A stretch of 64,000 bases of DNA from Gammaproteobacteria bacterium (GTDB lineage: Bacteria > Pseudomonadota > Gammaproteobacteria > CBDBBL01): the NCBI GenBank assembly GCA_965203125.1, contig CBDBBL010000013.1, forward strand, positions 18,383 through 82,382, read 5' to 3'. How positions within the stretch are numbered: the stretch's first letter is position 1; the number at the start of each line of letters is the position of its first letter. The notes beneath the pieces were generated by a model, which saw only the letters and a list, made by a program, of their open reading frames with translations, was not told the origin of the DNA and searched no databases. This document shows positions 35,000 through 45,440 of this stretch, one piece after another. The position numbers and the translations under genes were made by a program.

Positions 35000-35806
35000 A
35001 TGGCAACGTATGCCATTGGGGATGTGCAAGGCTGTTTCAAGGAGTTAATGAGCTTACTTGAAAGCATTAACTACGATCAAAGAAAAGACAAACTGTGGTT
35101 TGTTGGTGACTTAGTTAACCGCGGCCCAGACTCACTCAAGGTGTTACGCTTTGTTAAAGAGATTAACGCAGGTGTTGTGCTAGGCAACCATGATTTACAT
35201 CTGTTAGTACAACACGATACAGGCGATACTAGATACACAGCCCCCTCTGATACTTTAGAACAAGTGTTATTGGCACCCGATGTTGACAAACTGTTGCGAT
35301 GGCTCAGGCATCAACCGCTATTAGCTTATTTACCACAGCATGCAACCCTGTTAGTGCATGCAGGCATCCTTCCAAACTGGACCCAAGAACAAGCACTAGC
35401 GTATGCAGAAGAAGCCCATCAAGCACTGACATCCGAGAACTATCAGTATTACCTGAAAGGTCTTTACGGAAATACTCCAAGCCAATGGGATGAGTCGCTA
35501 ACAGGACTTGATCGATTTCGAACGATCATCAATGTGCTAACCCGCATGCGAGCGATTGATCGTAAAACACATGCCTTAAATTTATCATACAGCGGTGATG
35601 TGGAAAATTGCCCTAAGGAAGATATCGCTTGGTTTCAAGCCCCCTCAAACATTCAGGAGAAAATTGTTTTTGGTCATTGGTCTGCATTAAATGGCGTCAC
35701 GCATATACCTGATAGAATTGCGATTGATACTGGGTGTGTTTGGGGTGGAAAACTGACAGCTTATGAACTTGAATTTTCAAGTGGATTTTCTTACGCTCAA
35801 GCATGA
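35000..35806 (+). CDS. apaH: symmetrical bis(5'-nucleosyl)-tetraphosphatase
   Basis: MATYAIGDVQGC, GDLVNRGPDS, LGNHDLH, FGHWSAL, DTGCVWG. Confidence 0.96.
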   Translation: MATYAIGDVQGCFKELMSLLESINYDQRKDKLWFVGDLVNRGPDSLKVLRFVKEINAGVVLGNHDLHLLVQHDTGDTRYTAPSDTLEQVLLAPDVDKLLRWLRHQPLLAYLPQHATLLVHAGILPNWTQEQALAYAEEAHQALTSENYQYYLKGLYGNTPSQWDESLTGLDRFRTIINVLTRMRAIDRKTHALNLSYSGDVENCPKEDIAWFQAPSNIQEKIVFGHWSALNGVTHIPDRIAIDTGCVWGGKLTAYELEFSSGFSYAQA

Positions 35807-35934
35807 TAACAAAATACGGTTCTGTCGCAAAAATGTGAGATGGTGAAGATATAATGCTACCAGATATTCGCACAAATAATTTGAGGTATAATTTCTAAAT
35901 GAGTAATGTAATTGATCATTTAGGAGATAAAAAA

Positions 35935-36150
35935 ATGACTAAACGAGGAAAAAGCTACACAGCAGAGTTCAAAACCAAAGTGGTTTTAGAACTGTTGGAA
36001 GGCGAAATGACGCTTAATCAAATCAGCTCAAAATATGAAGTGACACCAAAATCGTTAAAAGAGTGGCACAAAACATTTTTAACAAACGCTAGTTTAGCGT
36101 TCGACAAAAGTAAAGCAAAGGCAAAGATACACAGAAACAAGTACAAGTGA
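35935..36150 (+). pseudogene. IS3-family OrfA (HTH) fragment
   Basis: KSYTAEFKTKVVLELLEGEMTLNQISSKYEV; no OrfB follows. Confidence 0.8.
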
Positions 36151-37046
36151 GTCGACCACATGACCTATTCTGCAAAACAACCATGCAGAATATTCCTGCT
36201 GCTGTTGATTTTTTGAAACATCATTTACCTGCTGAATTTAGATCTCGCATTGATTTTAGTGAGATCGACATTGAACCAACTAATCTTGTCACTGCTGAAT
36301 TACGGGAATTTCACACTGACGTTGTTTATAGCTGTAAAATTGATGGTAGAACAGGCTATGTTCTCACCCTAGTGGAGCATCAAAGCACTCCTGACAAAAT
36401 GATGGCTTTTAGAAAATTACAGTACAACGTCGTCCTCATGGATAATCATCTCAAAAAAGGGAATAAAAAATTACCTGTGATCTTCAACCTCTGTCTGTAC
36501 AATGGCACGGATTCACCTTACCCCGAATCCACTTGCTTATTTGAATGTTTTGATCATGTTGAATTAGCCAAACAAGTCTTATTTTCACCATTTACATTGA
36601 TTGACCTCACCACCATACCCGATGATGAAATCAAACAACATGGCTTAGCTTCTACCATGGAAATGCTTCTAAAGCATGCTCGATTAAGAGATATGAGGTC
36701 AGCTATCACATCACTTATTAAAGATCATTTGATCCAAGATGCCATTGAAAAATTAGGTGAAAATTACCTCAAATCTGTGCTAACATACATGTTATCGGTA
36801 GGTGAGGATAAAAAAGACAATAGGGAAGCTGCCAAGGAAATTCTTGATAATCTTACCCATGCCTTACCTGAACAGGAGAATTTAATTATGACTTTTGCAC
36901 AAACTATGACTTATGACGCCAAACAAGAAGGTATGCAACAAGGTATACAACAAGGCGTTGATAGTGTACTTGAAGCATTAAAAAAGCAAGGTGTTGACCC
37001 ATCATTATTGGCACAAGCTAAAAACGATGCTTTGAAACAAGATTAA
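36147..37046 (+). CDS. Rpn/YhgA-family PD-(D/E)XK nuclease
   Basis: PHDLFCK, TDVVYSC, LVEHQSTPDKMMAFR, LPVIFNLCLYNG, C-terminal MTFA..EGMQQGIQQG. Confidence 0.92.
   Translation: MSRPHDLFCKTTMQNIPAAVDFLKHHLPAEFRSRIDFSEIDIEPTNLVTAELREFHTDVVYSCKIDGRTGYVLTLVEHQSTPDKMMAFRKLQYNVVLMDNHLKKGNKKLPVIFNLCLYNGTDSPYPESTCLFECFDHVELAKQVLFSPFTLIDLTTIPDDEIKQHGLASTMEMLLKHARLRDMRSAITSLIKDHLIQDAIEKLGENYLKSVLTYMLSVGEDKKDNREAAKEILDNLTHALPEQENLIMTFAQTMTYDAKQEGMQQGIQQGVDSVLEALKKQGVDPSLLAQAKNDALKQD
36888..37046 (+). CDS. putative internally initiated small Rpn C-terminal protein (RpnS-like, 52 aa)
   Basis: AGGAG at 36874-36878, 9 nt before the in-frame ATG of MTFAQ. Confidence 0.6.
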   Translation: MTFAQTMTYDAKQEGMQQGIQQGVDSVLEALKKQGVDPSLLAQAKNDALKQD

Positions 37047-37066
37047 TTATTAGGAATATTGCAAAC

Positions 37067-37351
37067 ATGAGCGAACCAAAAACAAAGATTTTCGTTGGTA
37101 GCCTAAGCTTTGATGTAAGAAGCAATCATTTGGAAGATCATTTTTCACAATACGGCAAAGTAGTTGATGCAATTGCACTGATGGAGAAAGACAACCCTAA
37201 TCGAGCTAGAGGGTTTGGCTTTGTGACATTTGCTGAGGAATCTTCAGCTCAAAATGCGATTAATGGCTCAAATGGTAAAGAGCTAGAAGGTCGAGCAATG
37301 AAAGTTAGCATTGCGGAGAATAAGCCTAAACGTAACAACGATGGCTGGTAA
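37067..37351 (+). CDS. single-RRM RNA-binding protein
   Basis: RNP2 IFVGSL, RNP1 RGFGFVTF, L.GR.MKV..A. Confidence 0.93.
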   Translation: MSEPKTKIFVGSLSFDVRSNHLEDHFSQYGKVVDAIALMEKDNPNRARGFGFVTFAEESSAQNAINGSNGKELEGRAMKVSIAENKPKRNNDGW

Positions 37352-37406
37352 AATATCGCTATAAGCCATATTTGGCGCGCTTTTATGCCATGTCCAGTAA
37401 TAATAT

Positions 37407-38324
37407 TTACCAGATATTTACTATTCTTCTATAAAAGAAGTCACTCTCTTCACAATCTTTAAATATAATCCTTGCTTCAGGAATACTTCTAGCTCTTCTC
37501 ATACGACTAATATCTGGAGAAGACGGACATGAATCACATTCTCTAGACTCAACGAGTAGAGACTTTAACCGTCTATGCCTATGTAATTGGGGAGAAAAAT
37601 AATTCGTCACATAACTGCTACTAATAGGACTATTCGAAGCACTAGTGTTTGGACTAACACATCCTTCTAGTTTTGCCGCAAGCTCGAAAAAAACACCCAT
37701 AGCAGCAGGTCTCAAATTTAAATACTCATTCACAACCTCCTTTAGCTTAGGGTGCATAAAAAACCCATTGGCTATCTCTCCACATAAATTAACGAAATCT
37801 CGAGGTAAAAACAACCTCAGCTCTGTTAAGGTATTTATAGTCTCCTTGAGAGAGTGCTGCCTATAAAATGAATTCATATATACATAAGAAATCCATTCAT
37901 TAGAAATAAGTTCACCAGAAAATGTCAAACAAGAAATTAATCTAAAAAACACCTGTTTGTCTGTTAACCCTTCATTTATACAACCGATATTCAGCGAATT
38001 ACCTAAAATACTATCTATCAATAACCAACAGACACACAATTCCTGCTTGTCATCTGAAAAACCACTCAAGAAAAGCGCATTCTCATCAAATAAACGCATG
38101 GATTCCATTTGGTATGCATTCAAATAATCACTTGCAGATGCTACAGGTATATTCTTATCATGCATATACTTGATAGAAGCTACGGCCAGCATGATTGACA
38201 GCTTGTCGAGCTTGAGCATTCCATCAACTAATACTTTGACGCTATCTAGCCTATTGTAATAATCAGGAAGAATAGAGCAAAAATAATGTACAGCCGCCTC
38301 TTGATTTTCAAACTTATTGTACAC
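37407..38324 (-). CDS. hypothetical effector-like protein, possible degenerate NB-ARC helical/winged-helix region plus Ser/Pro/Arg tail
   Basis: AAGGAG 6 nt before GTG; patterns LSI.LA...I...YL..Y, L.CL.F....I, FMHP.L.E. Confidence 0.55.
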   Translation of the reverse strand: MYNKFENQEAAVHYFCSILPDYYNRLDSVKVLVDGMLKLDKLSIMLAVASIKYMHDKNIPVASASDYLNAYQMESMRLFDENALFLSGFSDDKQELCVCWLLIDSILGNSLNIGCINEGLTDKQVFFRLISCLTFSGELISNEWISYVYMNSFYRQHSLKETINTLTELRLFLPRDFVNLCGEIANGFFMHPKLKEVVNEYLNLRPAAMGVFFELAAKLEGCVSPNTSASNSPISSSYVTNYFSPQLHRHRRLKSLLVESRECDSCPSSPDISRMRRARSIPEARIIFKDCEESDFFYRRIVNIW

Positions 38325-39699
38325 CAGCTACTCCTTCTATAATTTCTTCCACTTTGCAATAGAATCTTTCAAGCTTATCAGGGTTAAAACGAGAGAAACC
38401 TCTACAAATGAGCCATCTAAAATAAAAAACGGTCATATTCGGCACAGCAATTACTCCTAACCACTCTCCACCATCATATAAAACACACCCCTGTTCATCA
38501 AGTGTATATAACTCAAAACTTAGCATTCTATTAACTTGAACATCGCTAATAGAAGTAAAATTACTAGCTACCAGTCTCACTAAGGCATCTTTATCTTTTC
38601 TTTTTGCAAACGCAAGATCTTTCAATAGCTTCCTAACTTGAATATTGAAATGTTTCGATTCCAATATACTCACATCATCTAAATTATATATTTTAGGAGA
38701 AAACCACTGTCTTCCTTCTGGTTCGGATGGAAAATCTAATTGCCTATATTGTGCTGTCGCATATGCTACATCATCAACCTCTTCTCTATAACTACCATCC
38801 TCATTTAAATTGTATCTTTTCTCATGGCTATAAGAGTGAAATCTATTAGTTGCCTTATTCTGCCTAATTACTCCAAAAGATCGACCTAGGCATCCCTGCT
38901 TTTTGTTGAAATGCCAAGAGTCAACAGGGACTAAACGCGATAAAGTTAATGCGTAATCCCGATGAAATTCAGAGTAACGTATCATAGAATAAAGAGAATG
39001 TTTCGCCGTCGTTCCTTTACCCTCAAATAAAGTCGGCGCATAATAAGCATCCTGTGTGTGCTGGCAGGATGTATTAACTATGTTCGCTGGAAACATGACA
39101 TTGGCAATATCAGCTTGATGTATCCAATTCTCTGCCAATCTCCTAATATATTCCTCACTTAATCGATAACGATCCCGTTTTTTTATATTGTAACATAACC
39201 AACTCACGCAAGCCTGATAGGCTCCAGGACTGTCAAATGTGACAGCATTAACATGCAAAGAGTTTCTATTTATTCTCGTTTGATATAAATAAATTATAGC
39301 CATCGCCAACTCAGAATACCATCCACCCAACGAATGCCCCGTAAATGATAATTGAAAATTATTGCGAGCTGCATATTTTGAAACTTTGTCAATACAAGCT
39401 GTTAAGTCTTCAACTCGATGTTTCTGGTACGCATTCTCTGGTTTGAAGAATACAACAGCAAGATCAAATTTCAAGTCCTCACGAGGTATAGTTCCTCTGC
39501 TAGCTAATACCAGATGACGTTTAGACTGGTTAAGGTAAATCTTATAAACGTATCGACCATTTTCATGTTGATTGATATCACCACCCATGTCCTCTAACTC
39601 TTGCCAACCAGATGGAAGTGCAATATCTCCTCTACCATACACATGTTGGCTCAAAACCGCGTATTCCTTTATCATTGGTCTATTATCAGTAACAATCAT
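38314..39699 (-). CDS. class 3 lipase / phospholipase-like alpha-beta hydrolase
   Basis: VLASRGT oxyanion region, FTGHSLGG nucleophile elbow, VTFDSPG. Confidence 0.8.
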   Translation of the reverse strand: MIVTDNRPMIKEYAVLSQHVYGRGDIALPSGWQELEDMGGDINQHENGRYVYKIYLNQSKRHLVLASRGTIPREDLKFDLAVVFFKPENAYQKHRVEDLTACIDKVSKYAARNNFQLSFTGHSLGGWYSELAMAIIYLYQTRINRNSLHVNAVTFDSPGAYQACVSWLCYNIKKRDRYRLSEEYIRRLAENWIHQADIANVMFPANIVNTSCQHTQDAYYAPTLFEGKGTTAKHSLYSMIRYSEFHRDYALTLSRLVPVDSWHFNKKQGCLGRSFGVIRQNKATNRFHSYSHEKRYNLNEDGSYREEVDDVAYATAQYRQLDFPSEPEGRQWFSPKIYNLDDVSILESKHFNIQVRKLLKDLAFAKRKDKDALVRLVASNFTSISDVQVNRMLSFELYTLDEQGCVLYDGGEWLGVIAVPNMTVFYFRWLICRGFSRFNPDKLERFYCKVEEIIEGVAGVQ

Positions 39700-40054
39700 T
39701 GTTTACCTTAATGTTTGCGCTCTATTCACCATAACATATGTAGCATATAATATAAATAAGCAATAATACATAGTCGTATAAATATATAATCGTTTGGCAC
39801 ATGGATGCACTGGCTGATCTCTCAATGAAAATGAAGGGTTTTAATTTTATTAAGATACAATTATCTCTTGTGGTAATTTTAGATCACCAAACTCATTAGA
39901 ACTCTATATTGTAAACATTGATATGCAATACAGGTTTTTTGCTCAACTAAGAAGCTAAGCAAGTTTATTGCCAGAGGTTAGATACAACAAGTAGTTAGAG
40001 CTTTAAATTCTGGAATCAAACTTCCTCAAACGCGACACCTACCCTACTGTTTAC

Positions 40055-40115
40055 TTAAACGATCGTTTAAATGCACAACAAATTCAGAAACACTGCTTAA
40101 TAAACGTTCGTTTAA
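40055..40115. promoter_or_regulatory. pair of palindromic protein-binding sites (res-subsite-like)
   Basis: Perfect TTAAACGATCGTTTAA (40055-40070) and near-perfect TAAACGTTCGTTTAA (40101-40115), upstream of a resolvase. Confidence 0.5.
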
Positions 40116-40255
40116 GTTACAATCCCAATTTCACCTGAAATCCTTCGATTTTGTGTATCTTATCCCGTTCTTTTTTTATGACAACTAAAGGGATATCTCC
40201 AATAGATAAAGATACAGACTAATTTAACTAGAAACACCAATGCTCATTGATGTTG

Positions 40256-41123
<868 letters not shown>

Positions 41124-41151
41124 CAGTTATTAAAACTAATTGAAAGCAACG

Positions 41152-42339
41152 TCACCATTGCACTCCAATATGAAGAGTTTGGATTTGTTTCCATGTTCTT
41201 GTGGCACGATTTCTATTAAATAATCTAGTGCTTATATCCCTATGCTTCCTAAACAAATAATAAAAAATATCATCACAAACAAACTGGTATAGTTTATTTG
41301 CTACTCTTTGCTTCACGTATTGTTCACTTAAATTGGAGGGGACTCTAGCTTCCTTTATTAACCTCAAAATCACTTGATATTTTTCATAGCCATCTCTTCT
41401 AAAGAATGTAGAATTATGACAGGCAAAGAAAAAAAGTTCTAAAATGTTTGGAATGAGGGAAAATGAATACCTAGAAAAACTATTTATCACTACACTAATT
41501 AGCTCAAACAAATAAAAACTTAATCTTTCCCTGTATTTTTTTTCTTTAAGGTAAGATATCACACCTCTTGTCTCTCTTATCGCTTTAGTGGGAATATGTT
41601 CATTGTATTCTAAATAATTAATCATTCTTCGTTCTATGTAATCCAATACATCTAACATCATGTATGTATTATAATATCCCTTACTTCTTGCATCTCTCAT
41701 CTGATTTTGCATATGGTGCACATAAGGTGTTAATCCATTATGATTTGGACTAAGGCTAGGACGATAGTATAGAACATCACTGACAACAGAACCTCGTCTA
41801 ACTGCCTGCTCAGGGTCAATAAGGACTGATCCTCCGTCACCTGGAAATATAAAGTTTCCAGGAACAAGCGCATCTATAACAACTCTCCTAGTTTCTTTAT
41901 AAACATTTAGTATAGCTGACGCCAATTTAACATCATTATCACCGTAATATGGCAGATCTTCCCAATAGTTTACTCTATGAGCATCGTAAAAAGGAATTAA
42001 TAAACCTTCTCTATATTCGGAATTAATCCAGCACCTGAATACTATAGCATTGATGTTCAGTTCTTTATATATTCTTGCTGATCGCTCCACGGGATTGTCA
42101 ATAGAGGAGCAGATATTTTCTCTAAAAACAATATCTCCCTCTTCTGCTTTTATTGATTCTATATCAACTAATACTTTGACCTTATAAACATGATGAAAAG
42201 ATCCGCCCCCAATGTAAGAAACAACTTCTAGTTGCTCCGAATCGACATCACGTGATTTTAGTTTGCACGCTGGCGCTAATGGAATCTTTGTATTTCTCCC
42301 ACGGCTCATCCCCCCCCCTTTTTTTTCTTTATGATTCAA
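41152..42339 (-). CDS. atypical kinase-fold effector resembling the Legionella LepB N-terminal lipid-kinase domain
   Basis: Gly loop IGGGSFHHVY, ERSARIYKELN, LLIPF, LNVYKETRRVVIDA...GNF, LIDPEQAVRRGS. Confidence 0.6.
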   Translation of the reverse strand: MNHKEKKGGGMSRGRNTKIPLAPACKLKSRDVDSEQLEVVSYIGGGSFHHVYKVKVLVDIESIKAEEGDIVFRENICSSIDNPVERSARIYKELNINAIVFRCWINSEYREGLLIPFYDAHRVNYWEDLPYYGDNDVKLASAILNVYKETRRVVIDALVPGNFIFPGDGGSVLIDPEQAVRRGSVVSDVLYYRPSLSPNHNGLTPYVHHMQNQMRDARSKGYYNTYMMLDVLDYIERRMINYLEYNEHIPTKAIRETRGVISYLKEKKYRERLSFYLFELISVVINSFSRYSFSLIPNILELFFFACHNSTFFRRDGYEKYQVILRLIKEARVPSNLSEQYVKQRVANKLYQFVCDDIFYYLFRKHRDISTRLFNRNRATRTWKQIQTLHIGVQW

Positions 42340-42657
42340 TCGGAGCTAATCAAACTCAATATGCTTTCAAAAGTCAATTGATATCACGAATATTGCATAA
42401 AATATCCCGCAGCAAGGCTACGGGGAATATTTCCCAAAGAGATTCAATAATGCGGAAAAGGGGCATTTTCGGCAAAGTAACCTGAGCTACTTAAGCTTTC
42501 AATAACGAGCGCCTTTCCTCCCGTCAAGGTGTTTTCTTTGATAAAGTAATTTGTTTTGATTTGACATTTTCTCTTGATCGGGTATTTTCCATGAAAAGAA
42601 GAAAGATGATCAGTTTATGGAAAATGCAGGCCAGACCCCTTTAAGGGGTACCGACCT

Positions 42658-42760
42658 AATATCTTTTGGATAATTTCTTCCTGAAAAATCGATCGCCATT
42701 TTCTCTTTCCTGTGATTTTGATATCAGTTTATCACATCAACCGTTGTTTGCGACAGAACC
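42658..42760 (-). pseudogene. IS6-family left end with a 14-codon transposase stub
   Basis: IR, then GGAAAGAG RBS and ATG 42699 giving MAIDFSGRNYPKDI, then an abrupt junction. Confidence 0.75.
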
Positions 42761-42854
42761 AACCTATCTGGGCAAATATTAAACATCTACAAAAAAACTA
42801 TGAAACCACTGGAATCATGTAGTAATTTGAGTATATAATCTCGCCAACTTATTC

Positions 42855-44156
42855 ATGAGAAGACAGTTCATGAAAGACTCAAGCACTCTCAAATCCGTTA
42901 GCTCATCAGCTGCAGCTTGGACAGTTTGTTTAGTTGCTGCTTTCTATTTCTTTTACGAATTCATGCAAGTTACAATGTTCAATGCGATTAATCCTGCGTT
43001 GATGAAATCCTTTTCGATTAATGCCAATGAATTAAGTAATATTGCCATTTACTACTTCTACGCAAATGTTCTTGCCTTGCTCCCTGCAGGCGCAATCCTT
43101 GATCGGGTATCCACTAAAAAACTCATTATTGTCGCAATGATTGCATCCATTATCTGCACCTATTTATTTTCTCAGGCAACCGATGTTGCAACACTCAAAT
43201 CCTGTCGCTTTGTCACGGGTATTGCTGGTGCATTCGCTTTTCTAAGTTGTATTCGACTGGCATCACGCTGGTTTCCATCCAATAAAATGGCTGGCGTTGT
43301 TGGGGCAATTGTTACCATCGCCATGACTGGTGCAATGATAGCACAAAGACCGCTTACTTATTTAACAGCACATTTTGGCTGGCGTCACGCACTTACCTAT
43401 GATGCACTACTTGGTATTATTCTACTGACATTTATTGTTGGTTTTGTGAAAGACTATCCCAATACATTTTCCATCGAAGCAAAGCGAGAACATGATACAC
43501 TCAACCAACTTGGCTTATTAGAATCGATTAAAAGGGTTCTATTGTTGGGACAAAATTGGCTGGCAGGTTTATATATTTCGCTACTCAACTTACCTGTTTT
43601 CATCCTAGGTTCGATGTGGGGTTCCCTCTATTTGATTCAGTCACATCACTTATCCACCATACAAGCTTCATCTGCAGATACTATTTTCTTCCTCGGGTTA
43701 ATTATTGGCTCTCCTTTAATCGGAAAATGGTCTGATCATATACGCAATAGAAAAAAACCCATGCTACTGGCAACGATCGGTATTTTACTGAGCATGCTAC
43801 TTATCCTTTATACCTCCGCTTCCTACGAGGTATTATTATTACTGTTCCTACTCCTTGGTTTTTTTTCCGCAGGTCAAGTATTAGGCTATCCACTGATTGC
43901 TGAAAGTAATGATTTAGCACTCACAGCAACTGCTGAAGGTTTTGCCAGTGTTCTAATCATGTCAGGAGGGTTCGGTGAAAAACTATCAGGCTGGTTACTT
44001 AGCAGACACCATAATGAACCGGTGATTCATCATATTACTCACTACAGTCACAACGACTACCTGCAAGCACTTGCTATTTTACCTATCGCGTTTGCTTTAG
44101 CACTAGGCTGTGTGTACTGGATCAAAGAGACACATGGAAAAAGATTAAAAAGGTGA
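42855..44156 (+). CDS. MFS transporter (Pht-like), paralogue 1
   Basis: FYFFYEFMQ, AG.ILDR.S.K, RLASRWFP, G.WSD..RNRKKP. Confidence 0.9.
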   Translation: MRRQFMKDSSTLKSVSSSAAAWTVCLVAAFYFFYEFMQVTMFNAINPALMKSFSINANELSNIAIYYFYANVLALLPAGAILDRVSTKKLIIVAMIASIICTYLFSQATDVATLKSCRFVTGIAGAFAFLSCIRLASRWFPSNKMAGVVGAIVTIAMTGAMIAQRPLTYLTAHFGWRHALTYDALLGIILLTFIVGFVKDYPNTFSIEAKREHDTLNQLGLLESIKRVLLLGQNWLAGLYISLLNLPVFILGSMWGSLYLIQSHHLSTIQASSADTIFFLGLIIGSPLIGKWSDHIRNRKKPMLLATIGILLSMLLILYTSASYEVLLLLFLLLGFFSAGQVLGYPLIAESNDLALTATAEGFASVLIMSGGFGEKLSGWLLSRHHNEPVIHHITHYSHNDYLQALAILPIAFALALGCVYWIKETHGKRLKR

Positions 44157-44159
44157 ATC

Positions 44160-45440
44160 ATGAAAGAAGCACAACCGATCGATAGTCAAGCCAACAGTCA
44201 GGATGCAATCTCAACATGGAAACCTTGGATTGTATGCCTATCAGCCGCACTGTATTTTTTTTATGAATTCATGCAGGCCACTGCATTTAATGCAATTAAT
44301 GCACCGTTATCACATACATTTGGTTTATCTGCCAGTGAAGTCAGTAATATTTCTAGTGCTTTCTTTTATGCAGAAATTTTATTTTTATTCCCCGCTGGCA
44401 TTTTACTTGACCACTTCTCAACCAAGCGACTTATTTTAATTGCCATGGCAACCTCCGTAATATGCACTTATCTATTCGCCACAGCACAACATGTTTGGGT
44501 GCTAACAGCTTGTCGTTTTGTCACCGGACTTGCTGGTGGATTTACCATGTTAGCTTGCGTCCGTATTGCCTCTCGATGGTTTCCCTCACATAAAATGGCA
44601 CTCGCTATCGGCGTGATCACCTTCATGCCAATGCTCGGAGCAACGCTATCCCAAACGCCACTAGTTTACTTAATCAACCACGTTGGTTGGCGAGCAGGGT
44701 TACAGTACGATGCAGCATTTGGACTATTCCTCTGGTTTATTATTCGAGCTGCTGTGGAAGACTTTCCAAAAAACAATCAAAAAGAGAAGCAACGAGAAGA
44801 AAATCTGATCCATTCCTTAAGCATCCTATCCACTATAAAAAAAGTTCTGAGAAACAAACAAAATTGGTGCGCAGGTATTTATGCAAGCGCAATGAATTTA
44901 CCCATCTTCATCCTAGGATCACTTTGGGGTCAACGCTATTTAGTACAAAACTACCATTTAAGCAATATTCAATCCTCATGGGCAAACTCTCTCATATTTA
45001 TTGGCATGATGGTCGGATGTCCACTATTAGGAAAATTATCCGATAAATTAAGAAACCGTAAACAACCCATGGTGATTTGTGGCGTTTTACTTCTACTTGC
45101 TTTACTGATCACTTTTTATATCCCAAATCTACCCTTTGTAGTAGTGCTGTGTTTATTTTTCCTCACAGGCTTCTCCTCCGCTGGTCAAATTATTTGCTAC
45201 CCACTCATTGCAGAAAGCAACGATCTAGCATTAACAGGCACAGCCGAAGGTATTGCAGCAACCCTCATTATGGGTGCAGGCATTATTCAACAACTCGTGG
45301 GAGTTTTATTAGGTCAGCAAGCGCATTTGAATTTTATGCTTGGTTTTTCTGTGATGCCGATTTTCTTGTTGCTAGGATTTATTTGCATTGCTCAAGTCAA
45401 AGAAACTAAGGCAAAATCTATTGCCGGAGCTTTAACGTAA
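44160..45440 (+). CDS. MFS transporter (Pht-like), paralogue 2
   Basis: Same motifs; shares YPLIAESNDLALT.TAEG with paralogue 1. Confidence 0.9.
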   Translation: MKEAQPIDSQANSQDAISTWKPWIVCLSAALYFFYEFMQATAFNAINAPLSHTFGLSASEVSNISSAFFYAEILFLFPAGILLDHFSTKRLILIAMATSVICTYLFATAQHVWVLTACRFVTGLAGGFTMLACVRIASRWFPSHKMALAIGVITFMPMLGATLSQTPLVYLINHVGWRAGLQYDAAFGLFLWFIIRAAVEDFPKNNQKEKQREENLIHSLSILSTIKKVLRNKQNWCAGIYASAMNLPIFILGSLWGQRYLVQNYHLSNIQSSWANSLIFIGMMVGCPLLGKLSDKLRNRKQPMVICGVLLLLALLITFYIPNLPFVVVLCLFFLTGFSSAGQIICYPLIAESNDLALTGTAEGIAATLIMGAGIIQQLVGVLLGQQAHLNFMLGFSVMPIFLLLGFICIAQVKETKAKSIAGALT

